Shown here: positions 18,823-28,707 of the stretch, piece after piece
How positions within the stretch are numbered: the stretch's first letter is position 1
How the letters are laid out: the number at the start of each line of letters is the position of its first letter
Origin: a virus
Lineage: Duplodnaviria; Caudoviricetes
Direction: 5' to 3' (one strand)
IMG/VR virus record: IMGVR_UViG_3300047560_001441
Span: 1 to 52,561 of that record
Length of the DNA stretch: 52,561 nucleotides
The notes under the pieces: generated by a model
The model's input: only the letters and a program-made list of their open reading frames with translations
Told to the model about the DNA's origin: nothing
Databases searched by the model: none
Translations under genes and position numbers: made by a program

Positions 18823-20535
18823 TCACATCTGTAAGGCAACTGCTCTTACATCTCTCATTGTTGGGAAATTAGCTGTTGTATCTGATACTAATACAATTTT
18901 AATTGAGAAAGTATCAAATCCTCTGAAAAGAGCACCACTACTATTATAATATGTTAATGTTCCTGCTGGTATATCCTTTGTAACATCTCCAACTGAATCA
19001 GCATATGCTATTGTATCTACTGGTGATGTAGGTCTTGTACTAGCTGCGGGTACACCCAATTGATATTCTTTATAATCTTCAAAGTTTTTAGGTGAACTAA
19101 AGATAGTCCCAAGATTATTTAAATACTCAAGTTGTGTCCATGGTTTTGTATCAAATAAATCACTATCAACCTGGGAATTTAAAAATTTAGCATAAACATA
19201 AATGTTTGTACCAGCAGGACGATACCCAGTTACCCAAACCTTTAAATCTTCTGCAACCGTATCCAATACAACTGTTCTAGAAATATATTTACTTCTTGAA
19301 CTACCATATCTTGTATGTTCATTAGTTGTATCATTGTTAATTTGATTTGTGATATAATTGATTGTTTTAGTAGAAAGATCAATTACAGGTGAAAGCCATT
19401 GGCTATTTGTATACAAATCAATTTCATAGGTTGAGTTGCCTTTAGTACCATATGATCCTGTTGCAACTTCGTTAGAATAACTTCTTAAAACACGTTCATA
19501 ATCACGGAGCTCTGCTAGGTCTTGATTGTATACTTTTACAAAGTTAGAATCTTTTGCAAAAGCACCACCTGAATAAGATGAGTTAGCAGTTCCCTTATAT
19601 GAGTAATCTGCTGCAGTTCCTATTGGTTCATTCATTCTAAATCTTGGAACAACAGCATTATAAACAATATCATCAAGTACAGAAATTGCAGCGTTTGCAA
19701 TTCTATAGGTTTCTGTAAGTAATGTTGGATCACCTTCACTAGGGGGTCTAAAAATTCTTAAATTACCAAAATTTGCAGATGCTGGTGTTACAGATGCATT
19801 GGTAAATTTACCATTTGATCTAATATACAAGTCCCCTGCAACTTCGTCAACATAAGTTACTCGACCAAAAGGAAATTTTGTTGTGTCTGTTAAAACTGTA
19901 AAATCTGTAGCATTGGCAGCATATACTAAGTCACCGATATTGATAGGAGTTGAAGAATTTTTTCTAAAAATACCAGTAGTCATATTTAAACGACAAAAAT
20001 CTATATTATCATTTCTAAATACAACCTTACCGGTACTTACTGGAAAGTTTGCAGCATATAGATTAAATTTAATATCTTGAGATTGAACAGCAGTCCAAGA
20101 ATCACCGTTAGAAGAAATATAGAGTACACCTGAATAAGGTTGTTGTGTAACATTCTGTCCAGTAAGTGTATCTTTACCACCTATTTCTGAAACCCATATA
20201 TCAAAGTCAGTTGTATTATTGTCAGGATATACATAGAATGCGTACATTGAATCTGAGGCAAGCATTAAAGGTTCTTGAAAATAAAATATCGTCTCAGCAC
20301 TAGCATCGTCACTAGTTAAAATTTGTGATGGGTATAAATGCCCAGATCCCATTCTCTTTGAGGTATCAGGAACACCATTTGTACATTGTACAACTACACA
20401 AAATGCACCAAGAGTAGAAGATTTATTTTTAAAAAAGATACCAATTCCGGTTAAAAACACACCAGGCAATCCTCCTAATGATTTTGAATCAATAGAGAAG
20501 GTCTGTGCTATCGGATTTGTAGTTTCTAATGCCAT
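18823..20535 (-). CDS. Baseplate/virion structural protein, C-terminal part of DUF4815/VrlC-like family
   Basis: NPIAQTF, QQPYSGVLYISSNGDSWT..QSQDIKF, SPVIDL, KYISR.V.L, C-terminal FSIKIVL..P..RDVRAVAL. Confidence 0.75.
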   Translation of the reverse strand: MALETTNPIAQTFSIDSKSLGGLPGVFLTGIGIFFKNKSSTLGAFCVVVQCTNGVPDTSKRMGSGHLYPSQILTSDDASAETIFYFQEPLMLASDSMYAFYVYPDNNTTDFDIWVSEIGGKDTLTGQNVTQQPYSGVLYISSNGDSWTAVQSQDIKFNLYAANFPVSTGKVVFRNDNIDFCRLNMTTGIFRKNSSTPINIGDLVYAANATDFTVLTDTTKFPFGRVTYVDEVAGDLYIRSNGKFTNASVTPASANFGNLRIFRPPSEGDPTLLTETYRIANAAISVLDDIVYNAVVPRFRMNEPIGTAADYSYKGTANSSYSGGAFAKDSNFVKVYNQDLAELRDYERVLRSYSNEVATGSYGTKGNSTYEIDLYTNSQWLSPVIDLSTKTINYITNQINNDTTNEHTRYGSSRSKYISRTVVLDTVAEDLKVWVTGYRPAGTNIYVYAKFLNSQVDSDLFDTKPWTQLEYLNNLGTIFSSPKNFEDYKEYQLGVPAASTRPTSPVDTIAYADSVGDVTKDIPAGTLTYYNSSGALFRGFDTFSIKIVLVSDTTANFPTMRDVRAVALQM

Positions 20536-20612
20536 TAATATAACTTTCTTTAAATATTTTAATTATAGTAAACTATTGGTTAATGATCCTGAATAGATTA
20601 ATCTGCATATTA

Positions 20613-22436
20613 TTATCCGAACAATCCATTCTGAGCATGATCATTTGCGGTATCACGAGCCGGATCTCCAAGATAACCACCGCACGGATCAGGAGTATAA
20701 CCATCTTTGTTATGCACAACATAATTTTCTACAATATATGTATTATCACCATCTAACATTAGATTATAAATTACATAATCTTCGGGTTTGGTAATTGAAT
20801 CAATAGTATCTACAGATTCAAAAATACCATCATCTCCTGCAATGTATCTTTGAACCTTAGATCCTATTTCAATTTTTGTTAATTTATCCTTGAAATTATC
20901 TTCTACAGCCCAGCTATTTGGATCAAAAGCGCCCCATCCATTATCAGTCATAATTGGATGCTCTTCTGATACGAAAGCCCAATTATTATTAAATGAATAC
21001 ATCTTTCTATCACCAATGACAGGAGACTCAATTCCTATTACGTTGTTGTATGCGTTATTATCAAGACCACTTTTTACCTTATCACCAACTTCAATTTCAC
21101 ATATTTTCTTTTTATTTCCGTCATACATCACAACCAATGCTTCTGGATCAAAGCAACAATATGATGGTGGAGGAGGTGCAGGTGGTGGAGGTGGATCTTG
21201 TGTAGTCCAAGTTAAAGGTGGTGGACTATAAGTATTTGATTTTGGTGTAAAGATTGGTTCAATAATTTTAAAATTGACGTCTTGTGAAGTTACTGACAAT
21301 CCTTGTGATGTGTATACACCTTCAGCTGATGTAATAGCCTCTCCACCAGTTTCCAAACTATCTAAATTAGATAGCATAAATGATCTTTCTCCTGATCTAA
21401 ATGTATTATCAGGAAGATTAAAAATCATTGCAATTTCACCATACTTATTAGCAACAAATGGACCGCCAGTATTACTTGTTGCAACAAATGCAGCCGCTGG
21501 ATCACCAGCAAAAGATGCATTAAATTTATCAATATCGGTAGTACCATCAACCTTCAAAAAGCTGTTAGCAATTTTTGCTGTTGTACAATATGTACCAACT
21601 GGTTTTCTATCAAAATAAGCATATAGTTTAGAACCAGGTCTTAAAAATCTACCTATAATTCCAACTTTTCTACCTTTCATATAAGGTAACATTGCAACAT
21701 CTCTTACAACATTTCCTAAATCTTGTTTTGTTGTTTGAGTTGTTACTTTAATATCAGTGATAGTTGTTTTAGCATCCATTGACCAGTAGTTAGTTCTACC
21801 TTCTTCTTTATCTAATTTTGGTGCACTATATGTAGTATCAATATCTTTAAAAGCACCATTGGCTGCTGCATCTTGGAAAGCCTTAGCCTGGTCAATAGTG
21901 ATGGTTTGAGGAGCCATTTCTTTGTTAGTATTAGTACCATCATAATTTGGATAAAGATGTAAAGCACCTCTAAAATTGTAAAATGTTTCAGCTGGGTTTC
22001 TATATTCAGTAGCTTTATCATTTCCACCAATTTTTACGCTGGTATAATCAAGCATTAATAGACGACCATAAATTTTTACAGCTGTACTTGTTGATGTATC
22101 AACAATCATGTCATTATAGGTTTCTGTAAAATTAGGTCTTGCTATAGATTTTGAAGAACTAATAGCCATGCTAAATTCAGGGTCATTAGTTCTGGCAATG
22201 GTTCCATCATTGAATGGATCAGCAAATATACCATTTTTAAATCTTTCTACGCCACCTGCACCTGGAACAGTACTTGGCAATGAAAGAGTTTTAGTATCAA
22301 GGGCTAGAGCATTTAATACTGAATAATATTCAAGAGCTTTGATTCTTTGTTCTAAACCAAAGATTTCTTTCATAGTGTAGCCTTTGGCTACTTCAATATC
22401 AACACGAACTGCTAAATCTTTTCTTTTAAAACCCAT
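20613..22436 (-). CDS. Middle part of DUF4815/VrlC-like structural protein with C-terminal Hint domain
   Basis: YTMKEI..LEQRIKALEYYS.L, RFKNGIFADPF, F.LP..TFRSGER.F, then poly-Pro and a Hint domain. Confidence 0.8.
   Translation of the reverse strand: MGFKRKDLAVRVDIEVAKGYTMKEIFGLEQRIKALEYYSVLNALALDTKTLSLPSTVPGAGGVERFKNGIFADPFNDGTIARTNDPEFSMAISSSKSIARPNFTETYNDMIVDTSTSTAVKIYGRLLMLDYTSVKIGGNDKATEYRNPAETFYNFRGALHLYPNYDGTNTNKEMAPQTITIDQAKAFQDAAANGAFKDIDTTYSAPKLDKEEGRTNYWSMDAKTTITDIKVTTQTTKQDLGNVVRDVAMLPYMKGRKVGIIGRFLRPGSKLYAYFDRKPVGTYCTTAKIANSFLKVDGTTDIDKFNASFAGDPAAAFVATSNTGGPFVANKYGEIAMIFNLPDNTFRSGERSFMLSNLDSLETGGEAITSAEGVYTSQGLSVTSQDVNFKIIEPIFTPKSNTYSPPPLTWTTQDPPPPPAPPPPSYCCFDPEALVVMYDGNKKKICEIEVGDKVKSGLDNNAYNNVIGIESPVIGDRKMYSFNNNWAFVSEEHPIMTDNGWGAFDPNSWAVEDNFKDKLTKIEIGSKVQRYIAGDDGIFESVDTIDSITKPEDYVIYNLMLDGDNTYIVENYVVHNKDGYTPDPCGGYLGDPARDTANDHAQNGLFG
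20709..21155 (-). other. Hint (intein-like/BIL) autoprocessing domain, 149 aa
   Basis: Block A CFDPEALVVMYDG..KICEIEVGDKV, block B SEEHPI, block F/G VIYNLMLDGDNTYIVENYVVHN. The +1 residue is Lys and there is no endonuclease. Confidence 0.85.
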
Positions 22437-22438
22437 AA

Positions 22439-25400
22439 TTATTCTGCTTCTGGAAATGTAAGTGACGGATAAGGTGTGACATACACATCTGCAATTTTTA
22501 ATCCTGTATCACTAATGATTGGAGGTTTAGCTTTAAATGAAGGAACACTTGATTTTACATTTAAATGTCCATCTTTATTTATTATCAATGTATCAACTCT
22601 AGGTAGATAGTATTCTATGTTATATGTAAAATTACTATCAGGTTCAATAGCTGCTTTGATAGTTGGATGGGTATAAAAATTTGGATTTGTATTTGCAGGA
22701 TTAACAGTAAAGTTCGGCCATACGCCAGTTTGATCACTAATAGCTGTATTAACCATCACAGGTCTAAAATCTATATGGTTTCTTAAATCATATACTTGAC
22801 CTGCAATATCTTTGTATATTGGTATTTCAGCTGTTTGTAATGCTGACATATCAGTTAGATCACTGTCATTTGTTTTATATGAATCAACTGAGAAAAATCC
22901 AGCCTTAGCTCCTGTTGTATTAGGAGTTAAATGTTTTAATCTTACAAATAATCTAGTTGAGGATGTAATTGCTGATTTATATTGAGGTAACACTGTAATA
23001 TATGATAACCCATATAAATTATCTCTTTGACCATTATCAAATGCAAACCAGTCTTTTCTATCAGGATTGGTATTTGAGAAATTAGATCCAAGATGAATTG
23101 CATCAATTTTATACACATCAGGGAATCCTAATGACCATGGCCCATTAGTACCTGTTGCGTGTGTGGCACAATTAACAGCTACCCATATACTCTTACGAGT
23201 GACTTTTTCAATTGGCGTAGCTTGATTTTTAATTTGAGGAATTTGTGCTCGCATTGTGTATGAAGTTGACTCAGCATCCCTCAAGCACACATTTGCTACC
23301 ATTTCAGTTATTTTTCCGGCAATTGAACTGAATGAGATGATATTACTACCACCATTAAAATCAACAGTAGATCCGGCTTTATGGAATCTATTAAAATAAA
23401 TGTTAGTAGGAATCGCGGTTGAAGAAAGATTTGGTGTCAATCCAATCAAGCTTGCACTGTATACACCTGTGACTGTATGATAAGTCACTCCTCCACTATG
23501 GGTAGCTCTCAAGGTATCACCAACTCTAGGTGTAACTCCAGCATCAACAGTAGCTTGGGTTGTTGTTAATCCTCCTGCAGGGAATGTATATCCAGCAGGT
23601 GAGTTTACAAAGCTTCCGGCTCCACCAGTGACTGCAGAACAGCTGACATTAGTGTGAGTATTATTTGCTGTACCTGAAACGGATCCAACAGAACGTGATC
23701 CTGCGGCACCACTATATAAATTTGCAACAACATCCGTGTTGAAGTACACATCAATTCCTAGTGATGCAGTATCACTTAGTCCTGTAGTTGCTCCAAAATT
23801 GTACTCATCAGTTGTTGAAAAAGTTGCATACACGTAGTTAGTAGTTTTAGTAGCTGTTACAGGGTCAGATGTTGTTCTAAAAATGTAACTAGTTGCATTT
23901 ACACCTGCTGAGGAAAGTAGTCTTTTTGTACCATCAAGACCTGTATAGAACAATAATGACTTATTAGTAGAATCAGTTTGGTATAATGTTGATTGGCCTG
24001 AACCAGCATCTCTAACTATATCACCAAATATTTTACCATATGTACCATTAAGATATATACTTCTTGCATCAGCACCAAAACTATAACCTGCTGCCATCTG
24101 CACATCATTAACATAAAGATGATATATTGCTTGTGCAGTACCCTTAGTACCCGAATACCATTTAACTGCTCTAACTGCAGCATTTCCAATTAATGTACCA
24201 ACAGGGGCTGATATACTTACAGATTTTGATAATGCATATTGATTTGCATTATAAATGTTTACTCTTGCCACACTTCCCGTATCTACAATACCTGCAAAAT
24301 CAGCAACTTTCATATAGTTACCAAAGTTTGCGGTTGTTCTTTCATTGAGAATAGAATTAGATGTGATACCTCTATCAGCTTCAATTTGCTTAGGTGATCT
24401 ATATTCCACACGATAACCATCTACATAGGCAATACCAGGTGAAATAGTATAATACATTGTCTGTGAATTAGATGAAGGCTCTACGTTAACCTGGAATGGT
24501 TTTACAACATAGTCTCCAGACTCTTCTTTTGTTCTTTTTGCAAGAATATCACCAATTGTACTTAACATAGGATCTTGTTGAATAGTAACTGCAGTTCCTG
24601 TACCTTTGCTATAATCTACAACAGGAACAAAATCTTTTGGAACAGTTACAGTTGCATCATTGGTATCATATGCAATAAGTTCAGGTACCAATTTTAATCT
24701 GTAGGCGCCAGGAGCATTGTAGTTTGGTGATCCTATTGAATTATCATAAAGTGATGGATCTTCTGTGGGCTCAACAATATATTCTTTTGTTGTAAACCCT
24801 ACCTGTATACCTACAGCATTTGAATCATGTTCTTTAATTATAAAATTCTTGGCAGAAGATTTTAAGAAAAATCCTTTTTGGAAAATTATACCTTGACCGA
24901 CATGTAATCCAAAACCAGTTCCTAATGCATTTACAGTATTATTGCTTGGTAGAACATAAAGATCACCAAGATAATAATTTGAATTTAATGATCCGTTTTT
25001 ATCCTGAGTAGGTGAATAGACATTAATTTTTTCACCATCAGAATTAAATTCATAAACTGCAGATCCATTACCTAAAAGTGAACCACCAGTAGAAGCATCA
25101 GAACGACCAGTATTTAAATAAATTAAATAAGCACGATTGGTATTATTACTACCTCTATCAACCGCTGCTTCAGCACCAGAGAAAGCTTCAAAAACTGCAG
25201 CTCTCAATCCGGTTGTATTTGAAACTAATAAATGTGCTTCTGAAAGATGAGAATAAGGTGTTAAAGGATTTATTAATTCTCTAGTGATGGTTTTAAAATC
25301 TAAAGTTGAAGTGTTGCTATCTTTAAATTTAACCTGCTTAAGACTTTTATATTCAGTAAAATTACAACCTTCAACAACTGAACCATCTTTATAAATGCTA

Positions 25401-25564
25401 GAACCAAATCTTGAAATTTGTTTCTGCATCATTGTTTGAAGCTGAGTTAATTCACGAGCCTGAACCGCAGTAGAAGGGCGGAACAAGATGCGATAATACA
25501 TCTTATCTTCATCATAATCATCATAAAAAGGAGCAACATTAAAATTAGTTTGCAACTCAGCCAT
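22439..25564 (-). CDS. N-terminal part of DUF4815/VrlC-like large baseplate protein
   Basis: NFNVAPFYDDYD..YYRILFRP..AVQARELTQLQ, APGAYRLK, LAKRTKEESGDY, DNGQRDN, IDFRP, YYLPRVD. Confidence 0.85.
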   Translation of the reverse strand: MAELQTNFNVAPFYDDYDEDKMYYRILFRPSTAVQARELTQLQTMMQKQISRFGSSIYKDGSVVEGCNFTEYKSLKQVKFKDSNTSTLDFKTITRELINPLTPYSHLSEAHLLVSNTTGLRAAVFEAFSGAEAAVDRGSNNTNRAYLIYLNTGRSDASTGGSLLGNGSAVYEFNSDGEKINVYSPTQDKNGSLNSNYYLGDLYVLPSNNTVNALGTGFGLHVGQGIIFQKGFFLKSSAKNFIIKEHDSNAVGIQVGFTTKEYIVEPTEDPSLYDNSIGSPNYNAPGAYRLKLVPELIAYDTNDATVTVPKDFVPVVDYSKGTGTAVTIQQDPMLSTIGDILAKRTKEESGDYVVKPFQVNVEPSSNSQTMYYTISPGIAYVDGYRVEYRSPKQIEADRGITSNSILNERTTANFGNYMKVADFAGIVDTGSVARVNIYNANQYALSKSVSISAPVGTLIGNAAVRAVKWYSGTKGTAQAIYHLYVNDVQMAAGYSFGADARSIYLNGTYGKIFGDIVRDAGSGQSTLYQTDSTNKSLLFYTGLDGTKRLLSSAGVNATSYIFRTTSDPVTATKTTNYVYATFSTTDEYNFGATTGLSDTASLGIDVYFNTDVVANLYSGAAGSRSVGSVSGTANNTHTNVSCSAVTGGAGSFVNSPAGYTFPAGGLTTTQATVDAGVTPRVGDTLRATHSGGVTYHTVTGVYSASLIGLTPNLSSTAIPTNIYFNRFHKAGSTVDFNGGSNIISFSSIAGKITEMVANVCLRDAESTSYTMRAQIPQIKNQATPIEKVTRKSIWVAVNCATHATGTNGPWSLGFPDVYKIDAIHLGSNFSNTNPDRKDWFAFDNGQRDNLYGLSYITVLPQYKSAITSSTRLFVRLKHLTPNTTGAKAGFFSVDSYKTNDSDLTDMSALQTAEIPIYKDIAGQVYDLRNHIDFRPVMVNTAISDQTGVWPNFTVNPANTNPNFYTHPTIKAAIEPDSNFTYNIEYYLPRVDTLIINKDGHLNVKSSVPSFKAKPPIISDTGLKIADVYVTPYPSLTFPEAE

Positions 25565-25573
25565 TTCTATTCC

Positions 25574-27070
25574 TTAAAAATTAAAATATAATTTAACGTC
25601 TTCTGATCTAATACCGGTTCTATTAATCGGTTCAATATTCTTAAAATATAAAACTTCGGATGAATAAGGAATTAGATCTTTGTTATTTATCGTGGATATT
25701 ACAACAGTTTTACCTGATGAAAGTGAAGTGATGGTTTCATAGGGTTGGAAAGAACCCGTATCACCAATTACATATATGCTTGATGTATTCATGTAAGCAA
25801 CAGTTGCAGTGGCTCTACTATTAAACCCTTGGATGACTTCACCCTCTTCTAAAAGACTGGGGGCAACTAGAACACCAAAATTTACCATTTGATTAAAAGT
25901 TGACTCTTCATAGTTAGTTAAATTAGCTGATGCTTTAGGATTATAAATTAAGGCAACTTGTCTATACTTAGCCCAGCTAGGGAAATTATCTAATGAATTA
26001 GTTGTTACAGTCATACCTAAAATTTCACAACCTAACTCAGCCGCAGGATCGGATCCATGACCACCTTTTGGTGATATGATGACATGAGCACTTGCACCGG
26101 AACCAAAATATGCATTAGCACCAATAGAAACATTGGCATAAGTATAATTTCTACCCTTACCAATTACCCTGATTGATTCTATATTACCATTGGCATTTAA
26201 ATTAGTAATAGCTGAAGCTGATGCACCATCACCACTTATATTAACACTTGGCCCCATAATATATGTTGACGTGGTGTCTGTTTCTGTAATTGGTGTTTCC
26301 GTGAATACATATTTACCAGATGTGTTTACAACATAATCTGATACTTTAGAAAGAGCTCCTGAACCCGAACCCGTTGAAATATAAAAATATGAATTAGTAT
26401 AAGCACCACTTATAGCTAGAGCACCTGAATTAGAAATTTTAAATGTATACAAATCTAGAGTAATATCAATTGAACCATTTGCTGAGATATAATTGTTACC
26501 ACTATTATCTACTTTAATAACATGTATAGCGCCCGGAATTGCTGATGAAACTACCGTATCACTAGGTGTAATTGGAAAATAAGTATCAGTTCCAAATTTA
26601 TTATTATCAGCTGCACTAATTGTAAAAAGATATTTCCACTTATAACCATCTGCAGTATTAAAATCACCCTGTGCAACAGTTAAAAGTGGTTCTACTGTTG
26701 AGGGAGAATCATTATTATTAAATAGACATTTATAAACACGTCCTAAATTATTAATTACATAAAAATTTTTATCAAAGAGCTGTGAATCAGTATGATCATA
26801 AGCGGTATAAACTGTTCCAGATGTCCAGGTAATTCTTTTTCCAATATAAGTTATATCAGAAGCAGATACCTTTTTACCAAAAATAATATTATCGTTTATA
26901 TCCAAATATGAGGTTTGAACAGAAGAATTTGGTGTGGGAGGAATTGCATCATCATCCCAGTTAAAAAATTTACCAAATGAAACATAATAATTTGATGATG
27001 TATTTCCAAGACTTTCTTTGAAAACCTCAACAAATTTATTTTTAATATTTTTTGTAAACAAACCTGACAT
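25574..27070 (-). CDS. gp8: Baseplate wedge subunit gp8-like
   Basis: W.SGTVY..YD, FYV.N..RVYKCL.NN, DGYKWKYLFTI, ISPKGGHGSD...ELG. Confidence 0.85.
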   Translation of the reverse strand: MSGLFTKNIKNKFVEVFKESLGNTSSNYYVSFGKFFNWDDDAIPPTPNSSVQTSYLDINDNIIFGKKVSASDITYIGKRITWTSGTVYTAYDHTDSQLFDKNFYVINNLGRVYKCLFNNNDSPSTVEPLLTVAQGDFNTADGYKWKYLFTISAADNNKFGTDTYFPITPSDTVVSSAIPGAIHVIKVDNSGNNYISANGSIDITLDLYTFKISNSGALAISGAYTNSYFYISTGSGSGALSKVSDYVVNTSGKYVFTETPITETDTTSTYIMGPSVNISGDGASASAITNLNANGNIESIRVIGKGRNYTYANVSIGANAYFGSGASAHVIISPKGGHGSDPAAELGCEILGMTVTTNSLDNFPSWAKYRQVALIYNPKASANLTNYEESTFNQMVNFGVLVAPSLLEEGEVIQGFNSRATATVAYMNTSSIYVIGDTGSFQPYETITSLSSGKTVVISTINNKDLIPYSSEVLYFKNIEPINRTGIRSEDVKLYFNF

Positions 27071-28707
27071 TACTTTTCCAATTTACTAAAATCATCATTT
27101 GTAATTATTATAGCATTGTTGACAATTTTTTGATCTAATTTATAGGTATCAATAATTATTGGTCTACCAAAAACTCTGTTACCTACCGGATGATATACTT
27201 GTTTTAAAACTCCAATATATTTATCTAGAGATTTTTCAAGTTGTATTTCATAAGAATATTCTTGATAGTAATCACTATCTTGAATGTATTTGTCAGAATT
27301 TAATAGACCACTTGTGTCTAACCATTCACCTTCTGATTTTCCAATAGCACCTACTTGTAGGTATACTTCACCATAATTTGTAGGATCATCAGGGTTGTAA
27401 ACATACATAAATTCTTGATTTGTATTGTAACCAAAACCTGAATCAACTAGAACAACAGTACTCATAACACCATTACCAGAAGCTGGATTGCCTGTTATCC
27501 AAGCATTGTTACCCCACAATTTACCATTTTCGTCTGTTATACCATAGCCTGTTATTTTATGATCTGTAACTTTAATAGCCACATAACCATCATAATGATG
27601 ATCACCAGAAGAAACGCCTGTTAAAGATTTAATATTTCCAATTGTTACATTTGCATCTGTAAGAGCATTTCCAATCACTGAGTCAACTGATGCAGAGTTT
27701 AAATTTGCACCATAACTTGCATCACTTATTAATTTACTTGTCTCTGACCAAAGTTGATTGGTATTATAAGTGAAAGTGATGGTGTTACTTAGTTCTTTAA
27801 TTTTAAAAGTTGCACCTGATCCAGAAGTATTTTGGCCTGCTGAGATTGTAATATTTGCGGAATTTGAATAACCATATCCACCATTTCTTATAAGAAAAGT
27901 CAAATATCCTTTTGATTTTTCACTATCTAGTAATGTACTTACACCAAATTTGATTCCTTCACCTGAATAACTGTTACTAACCAATATATGACCAGCTTCA
28001 TGGTTTTCTGATGATGTAAATACCGTTGCCCCTGTTGCAGATCCTTTTATTTTAGTAGATTTTAATATATCTAAACCATCAATAATAAGATATTCACCAA
28101 TTAAAAATCTAGTACCTGAAGGACCCGGAACAATATCATTTATGTACATTACATTTGTTACAGTCTCATTGTTATCAAAAGCACTACCTGTATTAATTTG
28201 ACCAACTGTTGTTACAAAAGCAGTTGCACCACTCGTAGAGCCTGTGATAGTTTTTTTATTGTAGAGACTGTTGTAAATATTTTCATCTACCTCTAGATAC
28301 TCATTAGTACGCCAATTACCGGCAGATGTTCTTAACATATCTACTTGAGGAACAAATAATTTTACCTCAAGATCGTAAAGAATTCTGAAAAGTAATTTCA
28401 AACCTTCAACAGAACCTTTTGATCTATAGACATCTAATATATTTTTTTCTAGAAGAGCCTTATTGGTCAATACGGTTCTAGGAATACCGTACATAAATTT
28501 TGAAAGGAAATTATCAATAAATTCATTACTTACTTCATCAATATCAGCATATTCTAGAAGACGTCTGGTATCATAGATGGGACCTTGTTCTTCCATCCAT
28601 TCATAATATGCTTTAGTAAATTGAATAAAACTATCACCATCTTCCTGATAGAAAGCAGGGAACTGTTCACGTATAAAGGAAGATAATTTTTTTAATCCGA
28701 CTGACAT
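27070..28707 (-). CDS. gp7: Baseplate wedge subunit gp7-like
   Basis: IREQFPAF..F.KAYYEWME, YRSKGS..LFRILY, IQDSDYYQEYSY, HPVG; lies between gp6 and gp8. Confidence 0.75.
   Translation of the reverse strand: MSVGLKKLSSFIREQFPAFYQEDGDSFIQFTKAYYEWMEEQGPIYDTRRLLEYADIDEVSNEFIDNFLSKFMYGIPRTVLTNKALLEKNILDVYRSKGSVEGLKLLFRILYDLEVKLFVPQVDMLRTSAGNWRTNEYLEVDENIYNSLYNKKTITGSTSGATAFVTTVGQINTGSAFDNNETVTNVMYINDIVPGPSGTRFLIGEYLIIDGLDILKSTKIKGSATGATVFTSSENHEAGHILVSNSYSGEGIKFGVSTLLDSEKSKGYLTFLIRNGGYGYSNSANITISAGQNTSGSGATFKIKELSNTITFTYNTNQLWSETSKLISDASYGANLNSASVDSVIGNALTDANVTIGNIKSLTGVSSGDHHYDGYVAIKVTDHKITGYGITDENGKLWGNNAWITGNPASGNGVMSTVVLVDSGFGYNTNQEFMYVYNPDDPTNYGEVYLQVGAIGKSEGEWLDTSGLLNSDKYIQDSDYYQEYSYEIQLEKSLDKYIGVLKQVYHPVGNRVFGRPIIIDTYKLDQKIVNNAIIITNDDFSKLEK

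Noticed and set aside
20536-20612. Readthrough or intron joining 20613..22436 to 18823..20535
   Set aside because: The 77-nt AT-rich gap has further in-frame stops, is out of frame, and shows no group I/II intron features.
20709-21155. Canonical mobile intein
   Set aside because: The +1 residue is Lys, there is no homing endonuclease, and the C-extein is only about 31 aa.
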